This document shows positions 1-27,154 of a stretch of DNA of 64,000 bases, piece after piece. The notes beneath the pieces are model-generated. The model had not been told where the DNA came from. It did not search any database and was given only the letters and a program-made list of their open reading frames with translations. The DNA is from Salpingoeca rosetta. Taxonomy: Eukaryota > Protista > Choanoflagellata. The number at the start of each line of letters is the position of its first letter. The stretch's first letter is position 1. The DNA is taken from the NCBI GenBank assembly GCA_033442325.1, contig JAWQFM010000003.1, forward strand, positions 2,473,970-2,537,969. Reading direction: 5' to 3'. A program made the translations under genes and the position numbers.

Positions 1-465
1 TCTGTGTCTGTGTCTGTGTCTCTGTGTGTGTCTGTTGTGTGCGTGTCTGTTGTGTGTGTGTGTGTGTGTGATCTAATATGAACTGCCTCTTCCCCCCCCC
101 CTGAAATGGTGGCTGCCGACCCTGGTATCATCACTCGTATCACGTGGTGTGCTGCTGTCGGTTACAATTTACACTCCGTGATACCAACGACGAAAGCAAA
201 AAGCAAGCACGGGCACGGCACGAAGGAGCGAGAGAACGAAACAAAGCAGGGAAGCAGAGAAGACGACAGTGATGTGATGATGCTCCAAGCAGGGTCAAAT
301 CCGGTACCAATTGCAGCAACGGCAGCACAAAAGCAAAAAAGCACACACACACACACACACACGCACACTGTGCCTATCGGCAAGCAAGCCAACACGAAGC
401 GAGACACACGAAACATATGTACACGCAAGACAGACCAAGGCAAAACGGGAACAGCCCTGAGGGTT

Positions 466-4931
<4,466 letters not shown>

Positions 4932-5063
4932 GGCTGGCACACACAACACACAGAAGGTGAGTGTTCGAGGTGTTCGATGGCGCAAGTTGTGGCGATTGAT
5001 GAATGATTTCCATAACAAATCGACAACCACGCCGACGAACGACGACGAGCAGCAAACCCGACC
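4932..5063. promoter_or_regulatory. Bidirectional promoter/5'UTR region shared by HDAC3 and RPAP3
   Basis: Only 132 bp separate the two divergent start codons; contains TTGATGA at 4996-5002. Confidence 0.7.
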
Positions 5064-9129
<4,066 letters not shown>

Positions 9130-9391
9130 TGTGTGTGTGTGTGTGTGTATCTGTGTGTGTATCGCTGTTTGTGCGTGTGTGCATCTGTTTGTGTGTATGT
9201 GTGTGTATGTGTGTGTATGTGTGTGTGTCTGTTTGTGTGTGTGCGTGCATGAGCACGCTGGTGTGCGTGTACCTGTGTGCCTATTTGTGTCGTTGGCGTT
9301 TTGATTCAATTATGAAGCGACCATATCGCCACATACACATACGCAGCAATCATCGACACATCAGCACTGCCCACATGCAAACGAACGAACG

Positions 9392-9457
<66 letters not shown>

Positions 9458-9567
9458 AAAAAAAAGCAGGTCAGACATATCACACAACCTGACACGCAAT
9501 ACACACTACCACCACACCACCAACATGACGGCCACCACAACCACCAACATGACGGCGATCACCACTG

Positions 9568-10070
9568 CTAGTTTGCGACACCGGTGTTCGCTGCCCATGC
9601 GTCAATGAGCGCAGCAACAGCGGACGTCTGCTGCTGCTCAGGGAAGTATCCAGCGCTGTGCAACTTCGCATACTGGCACAAGGATGCATCTGTGAACGTT
9701 GTGGAAACGTTTTCCGCGTCGGTGGGACCGCCCATCCCCGTGCCGCCTGTGGAGCGACCAACGACAAGGACAGGCACGCCCACACGCGCGTGTTTCTCCG
9801 CCTGCACCGTGGCGAGTGTTGGAGCAGATGGTCGCGGCGACATGAGCAGGCTACGGGCTGCAGACACGAGTGGGAAGCGCGCGCCCTTTGCAAGTGCCTC
9901 GAATGTGACATCCGAGTAGAACGAGCGGTAGGCGGGGGAGGCAGATGCACAGCGGGTGTGGCCGCTCGGCGCTACGCCACTGCCGCCGGCAGCCAGCGTT
10001 GAAGGTGGTGATGACTTGCCACTCCTCGCACGGCTGCGCACATCACCCGCACCTGAGGATGACGATGTTG

Positions 10071-10115
<45 letters not shown>

Positions 10116-11485
10116 TTGCTGTCTTGTCATCCTTGGCCCTGATGGTGCTCGGGTGGTGGCTGCCGTACACATTAACGATGGCGTCTTGAAATGCGCCGTT
10201 GTACTCGGGCGTGTCCGGGAAGCCGTGGCGCAAGTACTTGCGCACGACAATGGACTTGTGGACGTGGAACAGCAACTGCCCCACCCACGCCCAAGATAGC
10301 AGCGAGCCGAAGAACAAGAGGCGGGAAAGACGGTTGCGCATGTCTGTTGCGGATGACGGCTGCACCACCACAACGCCACTGATGGTGTTCTTGTGCTGCG
10401 TTGCACACATGAGCGCAGCCTCCTCCAGCAGGCCAGGCACAACCAGCACCACCTTGTTGTCAAACGCGTCCGTGGTCTCCGCTGCCGTGCTGCCGCTGCG
10501 GGTAGTGTTGGTGTTGTCGTCACTCTTTTCACTCTCCTTCTTCTTCTTCTTGTTGTCACCGCCGCTGTTACTGCTGCCTGCATCGCCATCCTCGTCCTCG
10601 CCCGGGTTGAGGCCGGCCTCTGGTTCTTCTGATGCAGCAAACATCTTGCACAGCGCGTGCGACACCGTGTGCAGCCAGTGGGCGTAGTCGGCAGCCTCGA
10701 AGCGGAAGGTGAGTTCCGGGTGGGCCATAGGGGTCTGAAAGCCAAAGCCCATGGGCTCAACCACAAACACATCGGTGCCGGCCTGTGCCAGCTCAAACGC
10801 AAGCCCGAGGGATCCGTCGGCGACATGGGGTGGGCTGCACACGTGCAGGCAGCGCACACCCGAGAATGTGCCCCGGTGCTGTAGCAATGTTGGTGGTTGT
10901 TGCAAGTGGTGCACAGTGCCATGGGTGAGCTTGGGACCGAGTGGAGTCGGGGGGTTGAGGTACACCACGAGCATGGCAAGATTGCTTCAGAACAATCCAT
11001 ACGTGCACAAAACATACGTACAATCAACACCACACGCACGCACGCATAAGCTTGCACGCACGCACACACACACACAAGCACGCATAAGCTTGCACGCGCG
11101 CGCACACACACTCACTCACTCGCTCACTCACTCACGTGCACACACACATGCACTCACTCACTCACTCACTGACTCACACACTCACTCACTCACTCACTCA
11201 CAGTCGCTCCACCCGCAATACTGCTGCTGCAGCTGCTGCACGCACCTGGACGTACAGAACCCTGCACCTGTAGCCAGGCAAGGTCATATTGAGGACACGG
11301 GGCTGGAAGTCCGTGCAGAAGATGTTGGCTGCCTTGTCCAGGACAGAGTTGAGCGTTCTGTTGGCCACAGAGGGAGCAAACCAGTTCTCCACAACAAACG
11401 AGCTGTACTCAAACTGATCCAGCAGCACAATCACGATGAACACAAACAGGGCCACAGCCCCGGCTCCAAGCAGCCACCAAAACAT
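9568..11485 (-). CDS. Membrane-anchored alpha/beta-hydrolase-fold protein with degenerate catalytic motifs (2 exons, ~516 aa)
   Basis: Exon 1 11485-11246 (MFWWLLGAGAVALFVFIVIVLL signal anchor); exon 2 about 10878-9568. Fold landmarks occur in the right order: DVFVVEPMGFGF (cf. D-x-P-G-F-G), KVVLVVPGLL, ISGVVVV, VPVLVVG, LHSAGYFPEQQQ (cf. AGHFP..EQP). Confidence 0.65.
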
Positions 11486-11790
11486 GGCGACAAAGGACAA
11501 GAAGGTGGAGGTGCAGACACAAACAGCGGCGATCAAAGTCAAAGAGTCAGCGGTGGTGTGTGTGCAGAGCGATGATGAGGATGAGTGAGTGGGAAGTCTG
11601 GCTTGATGAAATGTTTTTATGGAAGATACAGCTGATTTTCTACAATCACCACAGCCACCACAAAGTCAACGACAAACACAAACAACACACCCCCAGCCAG
11701 CCAGACGCACACACACACACACACACAAACACACACGCACACACACGCCCACACGCACACACACACACACACACACCAGCGAAGGCCAGG

Positions 11791-12981
11791 ATGGCGTACA
11801 ACAGCAGTAGCAGCGGTGATGTGCTGGAGCTGGGGGCAATAGTGTGCGTGTGCACGTGCAGTTCCAAAGCGTCTGCGCTGGATACACAGCCACAGGCTTC
11901 ACCGCCTTTGAAACGGCCATCGAGCCTGTCACTCGCAGACTTCCATGTGCTTGTCATGGAACAAGGTGACAGCTTCGGCCTGCCTGAAGGCCCAAACTAC
12001 CAAGGAGAAGCCCTAACAGCATGCGCCACTCGAATCGCCCAGCGCTATGCCCAGCATGGACGTACGTGCAAGATGTCGTTGTTGGCACCGGTGGCGAGGG
12101 TGGCGGTGTTGGCGGCATGCGCATGGGTTTTCGGCGCTATTGTTGTTGTTGTTGGTCTTCCTTGCCCGCTGGCCATTTCCTGTCAGCAGTTTATTCCCTC
12201 CATCTAACTTGACCCGCACACGTGTTATCATATGTCACGTCCGCAGTTCGCAAACCCGTGAGCGTGACCATCATGGGCCACGCGAATCGGCTGAAGAAAT
12301 ACGGCGGCGCAGCAGTGGCGTTTCTTGTTCCATGCACAGACCCTGGTACGTGTCGCTCTCCGAGCGTCGGTGAATATCCTTTCCAACCACCACCCGTTCT
12401 TATGCGTGCCGTGGCTTTGCATGGCGTGGCTTTGCATCTTCGTTCACACTCACGCTAAAACATGCATTTGCATGTGCACAGGGTCTCTACAGTTGCAAGC
12501 AGGCATCAAGCTCATCCCCATGCCACAAGCCGTGGAGCTAGCACAGGACAACAAGTTTATGGCAGACTACAAGTGGGTGGCGAATGCGTTTGTTCGTGTG
12601 TGTGTGTGTGTGTGTGTGCGTGTGTGTGTGCGTGTGTGTGCATGACAGCAGCGGCCTCAATCTTTTCTTCAAGTTCAGAGCGTCAACCTTTCATTCTCTC
12701 CCCCCGTTCCTCTCCCCCAACTGTACAGTGAGACCGTGCTTGCGTTGGCCGGATTCTTCAAAGACAAAATGAAACAGCCAGAGGAAGCGCAACGCATGTT
12801 CTCTGGCGTGTAAGTTGCATTGTCATGCATGTTTTCGGTCGTGTTGTGGAACTGGTTGGTGTGGTTCTGCTGTTGTGGCCGCAAACACACACACACACGT
12901 GTGTTTGCGTGTGCCACCGTGTACATCTTCACATGTGCGTCTCATAGTATGTACCGCCAACAACAACCAACAACAACAACC

Positions 12982-13028
<47 letters not shown>

Positions 13029-13050
13029 CCAACAACAACCAACAACAACC

Positions 13051-13133
<83 letters not shown>

Positions 13134-13823
13134 ACAAACAACAACAACAACAACAAACAACAACAACAACAAACAAACAACAACAACAACAACAACCAAC
13201 AACCACACCCGTTCAGGCACAAGTATCCTCTGCAGCAGCAAATGAACCCGCTGTTCTTGCAGCCAAACATGCACCTCCGTGACGCATGCTTTCGGTCATG
13301 GACCAACCCGCATTTCAAAACGGGGGCGCTGCGCCCAAAGCAGACGGCGCCCGCAACAGCAACCAGCACAACCGCACGCAAGCACGCAGAACGGTTGAAC
13401 GACGTGCGTTTCAACCGCCAACGCTCGAGCGTATATGAGGTGGAGGGCGCTGATCGCAGCGACGTTGATGACGATCCGCGACACGACGGCAACAGCAGCA
13501 GCAGCAGTAGTAGTGGTGACAACGAACGTGATGATGGTGGTGATGATGGTATTGGCAACCGTGGTGTTGGAGCACCAGGTACACGTGGCGATGAACACAG
13601 CACCGACACCAGCGCCAACAACACAACACGGGCGAGCACCCTCTCGCAACAGCAGCCGGGCGCAAGTGCGTTTACATTCCCCAGCTTGCATAATGGCAGT
13701 GTTCGACAGCGCAAGTCCAGCCGCGCCGTACGCAACACATCGGACTCATCCTTTGACCCCATGCGTGATGATCTCGACTCTGATTTCACAAATCCGCTCT
13801 ATGAAGCATCGTCTCCTCTGTAG
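11791..13823 (+). CDS. Hypothetical protein with a degenerate Nudix-like N-terminal domain and disordered tail with NPx[FY] motifs (multi-exon)
   Basis: Phase-consistent splicing gives MAYNSSSS/DFHVLVMEQGDSFGLPEGPNYQGEALTACATRIAQRYAQHG/LRKPVSVTIMG..PCTDP/GSLQLQAGIKLIP..ADY/NETVLALAGFF..FSG/VHKYPLQQQMNPLF...DFTNPLYEASSPL*. The first intron is in frame and could be retained. Confidence 0.6.
12958..13203. repeat. Interrupted (CAA)n microsatellite, intronic
   Basis: Seen directly. Confidence 0.9.
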
Positions 13824-14603
13824 CGCTTGGTCGCTTGTTTGTTTGTTTGTGTGCGTGCGTGTGTGTTTGTTTGTTTGTTTGTGTGCGTGCGTGTGTGTGT
13901 TTTTTTTTTTTTGTGTGTGGTGTGGTGTGGTGTTGTGCGTGTGTGTTTGTTTGTTTTGTTTTGTTTTGTTTGTTTTTTGTTGTGTGTGGTGTGGTGTGGT
14001 GTGGTGGTGTGTGTGTGTGTGTGTGTGTCTGTTTGTTTGTTTGTTTGTTTGTTTGTTTGTTTGTTTGTTCGTGTATGGGCTGCACTTCGTGACATCTTTG
14101 TCTCCTCGCTTGTCAATACTTCCCCCTTCTCCCAAAAGTGGTTGCCGCACGATGTACGTGCAATTTAACAGCACAACGCTCAAACTATCAGCTCAAACTA
14201 TCATCATGTGTATGGGATGGTGATCATGGCAGCGTGAAGGTCAGTCAACAAGATGCAAACACACACACACACGCACGCACGCACGCACGCACACACACAC
14301 ATTCGGCAAGCGGTCGGCATAGTTACATGACGCAAGTTGGCAGTGACGACAACGGCAACAAAAGAACAAAAGCGCAGATGTAACACAAGAGGGCACAAAA
14401 ATGGAAACAAGAACATGCGTTGAAGTGAAAAAATACAGCGCGCGGGGCAACACGACGTGTGCACATCATGTCATTGCACCAGAACACATTGGCGAGCAAG
14501 CAAGCAAGAACGAGAAAAGCTTTGATCATCAAAGGAGAGGGACCATGTGATGGTGAGAGAGGGGAGGGACCACGTGATGGTCAAGAGGGGACGGGTGGAA
14601 CGA

Positions 14604-21377
<6,774 letters not shown>

Positions 21378-21848
21378 CGTGTGTGCGTGCGCACTCACGG
21401 GTCTGCCCAGCACGACAATACAGCAACAACTGCAACAACACCCGCAACAACTGCAACAACACCGCAATGGCTTGCTGAATCAATTGAGCGTATGCCCGTG
21501 GTACGGTGGCTCTTCTCTTTTACCCCTTCTGGCTTCTCCTGTTGTTCTGCTGTTGCGTTGGCCGAGGGATCCCAACACCAAGCACAGCGCTGGCGTGTGC
21601 GTTGTGTGGGTGGCAAAGACGCAAAGACGCAAACAAGCACCCGGCTGGCTGGTGATGGAGGACAGGCAAGCACAAAAGCGCAATCCTGAAAATTAGTTGA
21701 AGATTTACATAAAACACGCAGCTACGACTCCCACACCAGGCGATCGACCCAAACGCACACACATCGCGGCGTGCTGTGCTGCGGTGGTGGTGCTGTGCTC
21801 TGTGTGTGAGAGGTAGTGAGTGGTGTTTGAGCGTGGCTGTGTGGAAGG

Positions 21849-24800
21849 ATGCAGCAGCAGCAGGAGCGGCGTGGTTGTTCTCGTCGTCGCTATGATGGGC
21901 GGCGGCGAAGGCACCACCGCCGATTCCATGTGGCTGCGCTTGTGCTGGCCATAACGGCAGTGTTCGTGACGCTGGCACAGCTGCACGGTGACGGTGTGCT
22001 GGTTGGTGTTGTCGGTGCATCAACGACAACACCTACTACGACAACTACACCTACAACCACATCTACGACAACTACAACCACAACTACAACCACCACCACC
22101 ACAAGTTCCACTGCAAATACAACTACCACAACCCACACCACCACAACGACAACACCTACTACGACAACTACACCTACGACAACTACAACCACAACTACGA
22201 CAACTACAACCACAACTACAACCACCACCACAACAAGAGGACCAATTCCTGTCAGTTGCCACTGCCAACCATTTCTGTCATGCCCTCAGTACAACATCAC
22301 GATCGTTTCTCACAGTGCTGTATTGTTGTGACCTTGGATTGCTGCTGTTGTGCTGACAGGAGTTTATCGGCCTTCCCGAAAATGCAACAGTGGAGCGTGG
22401 CGCAACCTTCACATTTCCCACCCCGACTGTGATCTTGGATGACAAGGACGTCAACCTGACCTACACCATCGAGGGTGCAAACGCGGTGCGTTTTGTGTGC
22501 GTGCGCGTGTGCATTTCGGGGTGGGCACTTTCAAGCATGGCTGCTTTCGTGCTTGCCTGCAGTGACAGCTACATGCTTGTGCTGCGTGTTTGCTTCACTT
22601 TGTGCAAGCCATGTGTGTATGAGAGAGTGTGTGTGTGTGCGTGTTTGCTTCACTTTGTACAAGCCATGTGTGCTTGTGCGAACCTGTTGCTGTACTCCTC
22701 CCCCCCTCTCGTCTAACACCTTCTTTATACGCGTGCGCAACCACGCAGGTTGACACATCGCGGCGTGCGGGTACAACGTTCTCGCTCGAGTATATTACCG
22801 AGGACTCGGATGGAGAGGTTGGCAGACACATCCTCACCCTCACCATCGTGGACACGCAGCCGCCGCGCCTGGTGTGGATCGGCGGCAACGGCACGCTGAC
22901 ACACGAGGCAGGAACGCCCTTCGACTACGCATCATCGCTCGTGCGTGCATACGATAACGGTGATGGCGTGACAATTGAGCTGCCCACCATCAATATCCTC
23001 CCACCGTCCGTTCCAGACCAGCAACCCATCACCTTTGGCGTCGTTGATGCGGCCGGCCTCCACGGCAACTACATCACCCGCAACATCACCATCGTGGACA
23101 CACTACCGCCTGTTGTCACAGCACCGCAACCGCTCGTGCTGCCCATGGCGGAGGCCGGCAACGTCGCGGCATACCTCCAGTCAACAGACCTCTACGCTGG
23201 TGACGTGAGCGACCTTATCTCCGTCGATCAAGCGGCCATCCCGGCCGTGTTCGCGTCGTCCCCAACAGTCGTTGATGTCCTGTTTGATGCTCCCGACACT
23301 GCAGGCAACAGCGTCAACGGCACGGTGACCGTTCGGTTTCTCGATCAGACACCGCCCACCATCGTCTTCAACTCCACGTTTGTGGACGAGGACGCCACCA
23401 CCGCCAACCAAACCCACATTGTCCTGCCCTCGCTCACCCCTCCACTGGACATGATTGCGGACGTACTGGACAACGTGGCCGCTCCAACCAACGCCCCCTC
23501 GCTCATCGTGGTGCGTCGGCCCACCATTCCCCTAATCACGTGTGGTGCTGCCGCCACGGCCGTTGCCAACGCGTGGAGGGGTACGCTGCCCAATCCGGAC
23601 CCGCGCGCGGCCTCGTCGCTGATTGCCGTTGACGCCCCCAACGGCGCTGCGTACAGCGTGGACGTCACTGTCTCCGATGCTGCGGGCAACGAAGCCGTGG
23701 CGAGCGTGGTGCTTGAGTACGCCGACCACACCCCGCCCAATCTCACGCTGCTGGGCGAGACGAGGGTGGTGCTGGACCTCCCTACCTCCTTTGTTGAGGC
23801 TGGCGCCGTTGCATTTGACAACCGCCTCTTCAACGACGTCCTCATATGCGCACATGTTGACCGCTTTGAGCACGTCGCTGACGCAAGCGCATGCAGCCTT
23901 GCCAACGTGACTGTGGTCGCCAGCAGTGACAGTGGGAACGGCGGCGGCGAGAATGGCAGTGATGGCGGTGGTGTTGGTGCTGCTATGGTGCGGTTGTCTG
24001 GCGCCGACCCTGGCGCGAGTGGCGGGCTGGAGGTGTTGCAAATCGGGTTGCAGCCGCAGGAGTGCTTCGTCGTCACATACACGGCTGACGACGGCGTACA
24101 GACCACGACACGCAGGCGGGTGGTGTATGCAAAGGACACACAGCCTCCAACCGTGTTCCTGCAAGGCGAAAAGTACGTGCAGGTGGCATATGCGCACGTG
24201 TTTGTGGACCCCGGCGCGTTTGCGCTAGATGCGGTGGAGGGCGTGCTGCAAGCGAGCGTGCATGACACCGTTGACCGATTCCAGGTTGGCGTGTACACGG
24301 TGCGATACGAGGCGGTGGACAGCAGCGGTAACAGCAACTACGAAGACCGGCAGGTGGAGGTGCTGCCCCTTCGCTCGTACACGGGCATGCTACGGCTTGT
24401 TCTTCGCCTGGCCACCAGCAGCGATGGCAACAGTGGTGGTCTTGATGGTGGTGGTCTTGGTGGTCTTGGTGGGGACGTGTTGAATGCAACACGTATTGAG
24501 CAGGTGCTGGCGTCACAGCTGGCTGTGGAGCACGCAATTGTGCTCACGCTGCGCAGCAATGCCACTGCCACAGACAGCTTTGACGATGCATTCAACATCC
24601 GCAACCCGTTTGCTGCTGTGAACAACAGCAGCGGCCGTGCTGGTGCTGGTGCATCAAGCGATGAAGGGGGAGGGGCAGCCCGACGAAGACGGCAACAACA
24701 GCAACAACAGCTGCAGCAAGGACATGGCTGGGTGCAGCGGCGTGCTGCTGATGGTGATGATGTCGTTGCGATTACGGATGTGCTGTTCCTGGATGACACA

Positions 24801-26231
24801 CTCACGCCCATCCATGAGGTGGATGTTGCCGCTGCAATCGCCAACCTGCCATCCAACGCGGCAGGCGTGTCTGTTGTCAGTGCCACTGCCCTGGCGACTG
24901 TGCTGCCGCCACTGGAGATACCGACAACGGCCACCCCACTACAGTCGACAGCATCGACAACAGTGACGAGTCGGGGCAGCACGTCCGTCGCCCTGACCAC
25001 CACAACGCCGACAACAACGACCACGGACAGCCAGCAAGGGAGTGGCAGTGGTGCTGGCGCGGACGAACAGGTGCAGCTGGGCATCATCGTTGGGGTTGCG
25101 GCTGGCGCGGGTCTGGTGGTGATTGTGGTTGCTGTTGTAGTGGTGCGCATGTGTCGACGGCGCCGCGTTGCTGTGCGATATGCGCCCGGCACGAGTGGCC
25201 CGTTTGCCTTTGACAAGGAGGTGGTCACGCTGCACGACAACCCCGTGTTTGTTCGCCGCGACAGCAGAGCGTCCCGCCACAGCGTCTCTGCGAATGGCAC
25301 GGCGAGCAGCGACGGTGTACGTGCAGGTGCAGGTGCAAGTGCAAGCCGGGCATACATGGAGCCAGCTGCCACCCGCGAGTACGAGGTGCCCGTGCCTGCA
25401 GGCACGATGCATATGAGCGGCAACGCGCGCCAAGGGGCAGGCATGGGCAGCGACAGAACGTACATGCAGCCAGTGGCACGCACTGGTGCAAGTGGTGGAA
25501 ACAGCGGGATGGGCGATGATGCAGCAAGCCTGCGGCTGTCGCAACAGGGCAGTGCACGCTCGCGCTCCGGTCTCGGAAGCGTGGACGCGCGCGTGTACAT
25601 GCAGCCTGTTGCAACGACGGCTGCGCCGCGGGGTGTCAGAAGCCGCACCACCACGCAGACGCGCACTGAGAGTGGTGGCGATGGTGGTGATGACGATGCA
25701 TATGCGGCGCTTGATGGGACGCAGAGGACCTACGACGCCACAGATACCGTGTTGGCAGCATGCGGTGGCGGCGGTGGTGGTGGCCGTGATCATGCTCGCG
25801 ACCGTGGTGGCAGCCACGATGACAGTGAAGCGACCGGGCGCCGTGCAACGCGGCGACTGCCATCGATACGGCGCAATGGCGGTGGCGGTGATGAAATGGT
25901 GACGGGGACATCCACGCCCTGGTTCCATCCCCACCTCGATCGCATGGGTGCGGAGCAGCAGCTGCGTGAGGCTGGCGGTGTGCAAGGAATGTTTTTGGTG
26001 CGCCTGCGAGCGCAGAGTGGAGATGCATACACATCGTACGCGCTCTCCGTTATGACAGACGGGCGTGTGCTACACCACTTGCTTGTGCGCACGCCTGATG
26101 GGTTTACCGTGAATGGCGCTGCGCTTGTTCCCGCGTGTCGCTCCTTGCCTGCGCTGGTGGAGCGACTCATGCTACCAAACCCGACAGGCGTCCTCCTCAC
26201 CCGCCCCTGCCTGTGCGAGGTGGATGTGTGA
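21849..26231 (+). CDS. Type I membrane receptor: signal peptide, Thr-rich mucin stretch, HYR/DUF5011-like Ig repeats, TM helix, Tyr-motif tail and C-terminal SH2 (3 exons, ~1336 aa)
   Basis: Exons 21849-22250, 22360-22485, 22749-26231. Repeats start D[TQH]x[PP] (DTQPP, DTLPP, DQTPP, DHTPPNLTLLG, DTQPPTVFLQG...FVDPGAFALDAVEG..YTVRYEAVDSSGN). TM is LGIIVGVAAGAGLVVIVVAVVVV followed by RMCRRRR. SH2 reads PWFHPHLDRMGAEQQL...GMFLVR...YALSV...VLHHL. Confidence 0.88.
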
Positions 26232-26249
26232 TGAGTTGGAAGCTTTGTT

Positions 26250-26280
<31 letters not shown>

Positions 26281-26959
26281 CTGTGTCTGTGTCTGTGTCT
26301 GTGTATGTGTATGTGTGTATGTGTGTGTATCTGCGTGTCTGTCGGCGTGTGTCTCTGTGTCTCTGTCTGTGTGTCTGTCTGTGTGTCTGTGTGTGTGTCT
26401 GTGTGTGTGTCTGTGTGTGTGTCTGTGTGTGTGTGTGTGTGTGTGCATGCGTGTGCGTGTGTTTGCAGATGCGTTCCTCCGTCCCCTGCCCCTTGTCTTC
26501 ATCCAGCCCTCCCCCGCCACTTGCCTGTGTCTCTTGTTTTGTACATTACGCGTTCTGAAAAGACCATAGGCACTATGCAACCGCCACACACGTTGATGTG
26601 TGGCACTGGCGCTTTGTTTGTTGACCACCGTGTTGGGTTTGGCATGCTGGTGCATGTTGCTGTGCTGCCTGCAGCACAGCATGTGTTGTGGCACTTTGCG
26701 TTTGCCTCGATGCGTGTACTCTCGTTGTACCTGACTTGGCTTTGCCTGCTTACTTTGGCATGCGTTTCCTTCTTCATTGCTTCATTGCTTCATTGCTTGC
26801 TTCATTGCTTGCTCTTTCTTTCCATTGTGACACCTCGTTCATTTTTGTTTGTGTCTTGCTGAAAGGAAGAAGACGACGAAGAAGCAGCACAAACAACAAG
26901 CAACAAGAACAAGAACGACAAGCCACCACACACACGACCACACATCACAGACTGCGACG

Positions 26960-27154
26960 ATGAAAGAGGCGCTTGCCATCCCGCTGGTGCTGGGCGGGTG
27001 CTTTGCGGCGTACTTTGCCGTGTTCCGGAACCGCAAGAAGGTGGACTATGTGTTTGAAGGACGGGAGGAACGGCAAGCAGAGGCGCGGGTTGCAGCGGAG
27101 CAGTTCCGACACCGCATGGACGCCAGGCTGCATGACAAGTCACAGAAGGAGTGA
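26960..27154 (+). CDS. Intronless 64-aa single-TM microprotein
   Basis: MKEALAIPLVLGGCFAAYFAVFRNRKKVDYVFEGREERQAEARVAAEQFRHRMDARLHDKSQKE*. GC3-rich codons, non-repetitive island between microsatellites, and start context gcgacgATG identical to that of the gene at 29227. Confidence 0.65.
   Translation: MKEALAIPLVLGGCFAAYFAVFRNRKKVDYVFEGREERQAEARVAAEQFRHRMDARLHDKSQKE

Noticed and set aside
14537-14588. Short tandem duplication AGGGACCA[TC]GTGATGGT
   Set aside because: Only two copies in a 3'UTR; no evidence of function.
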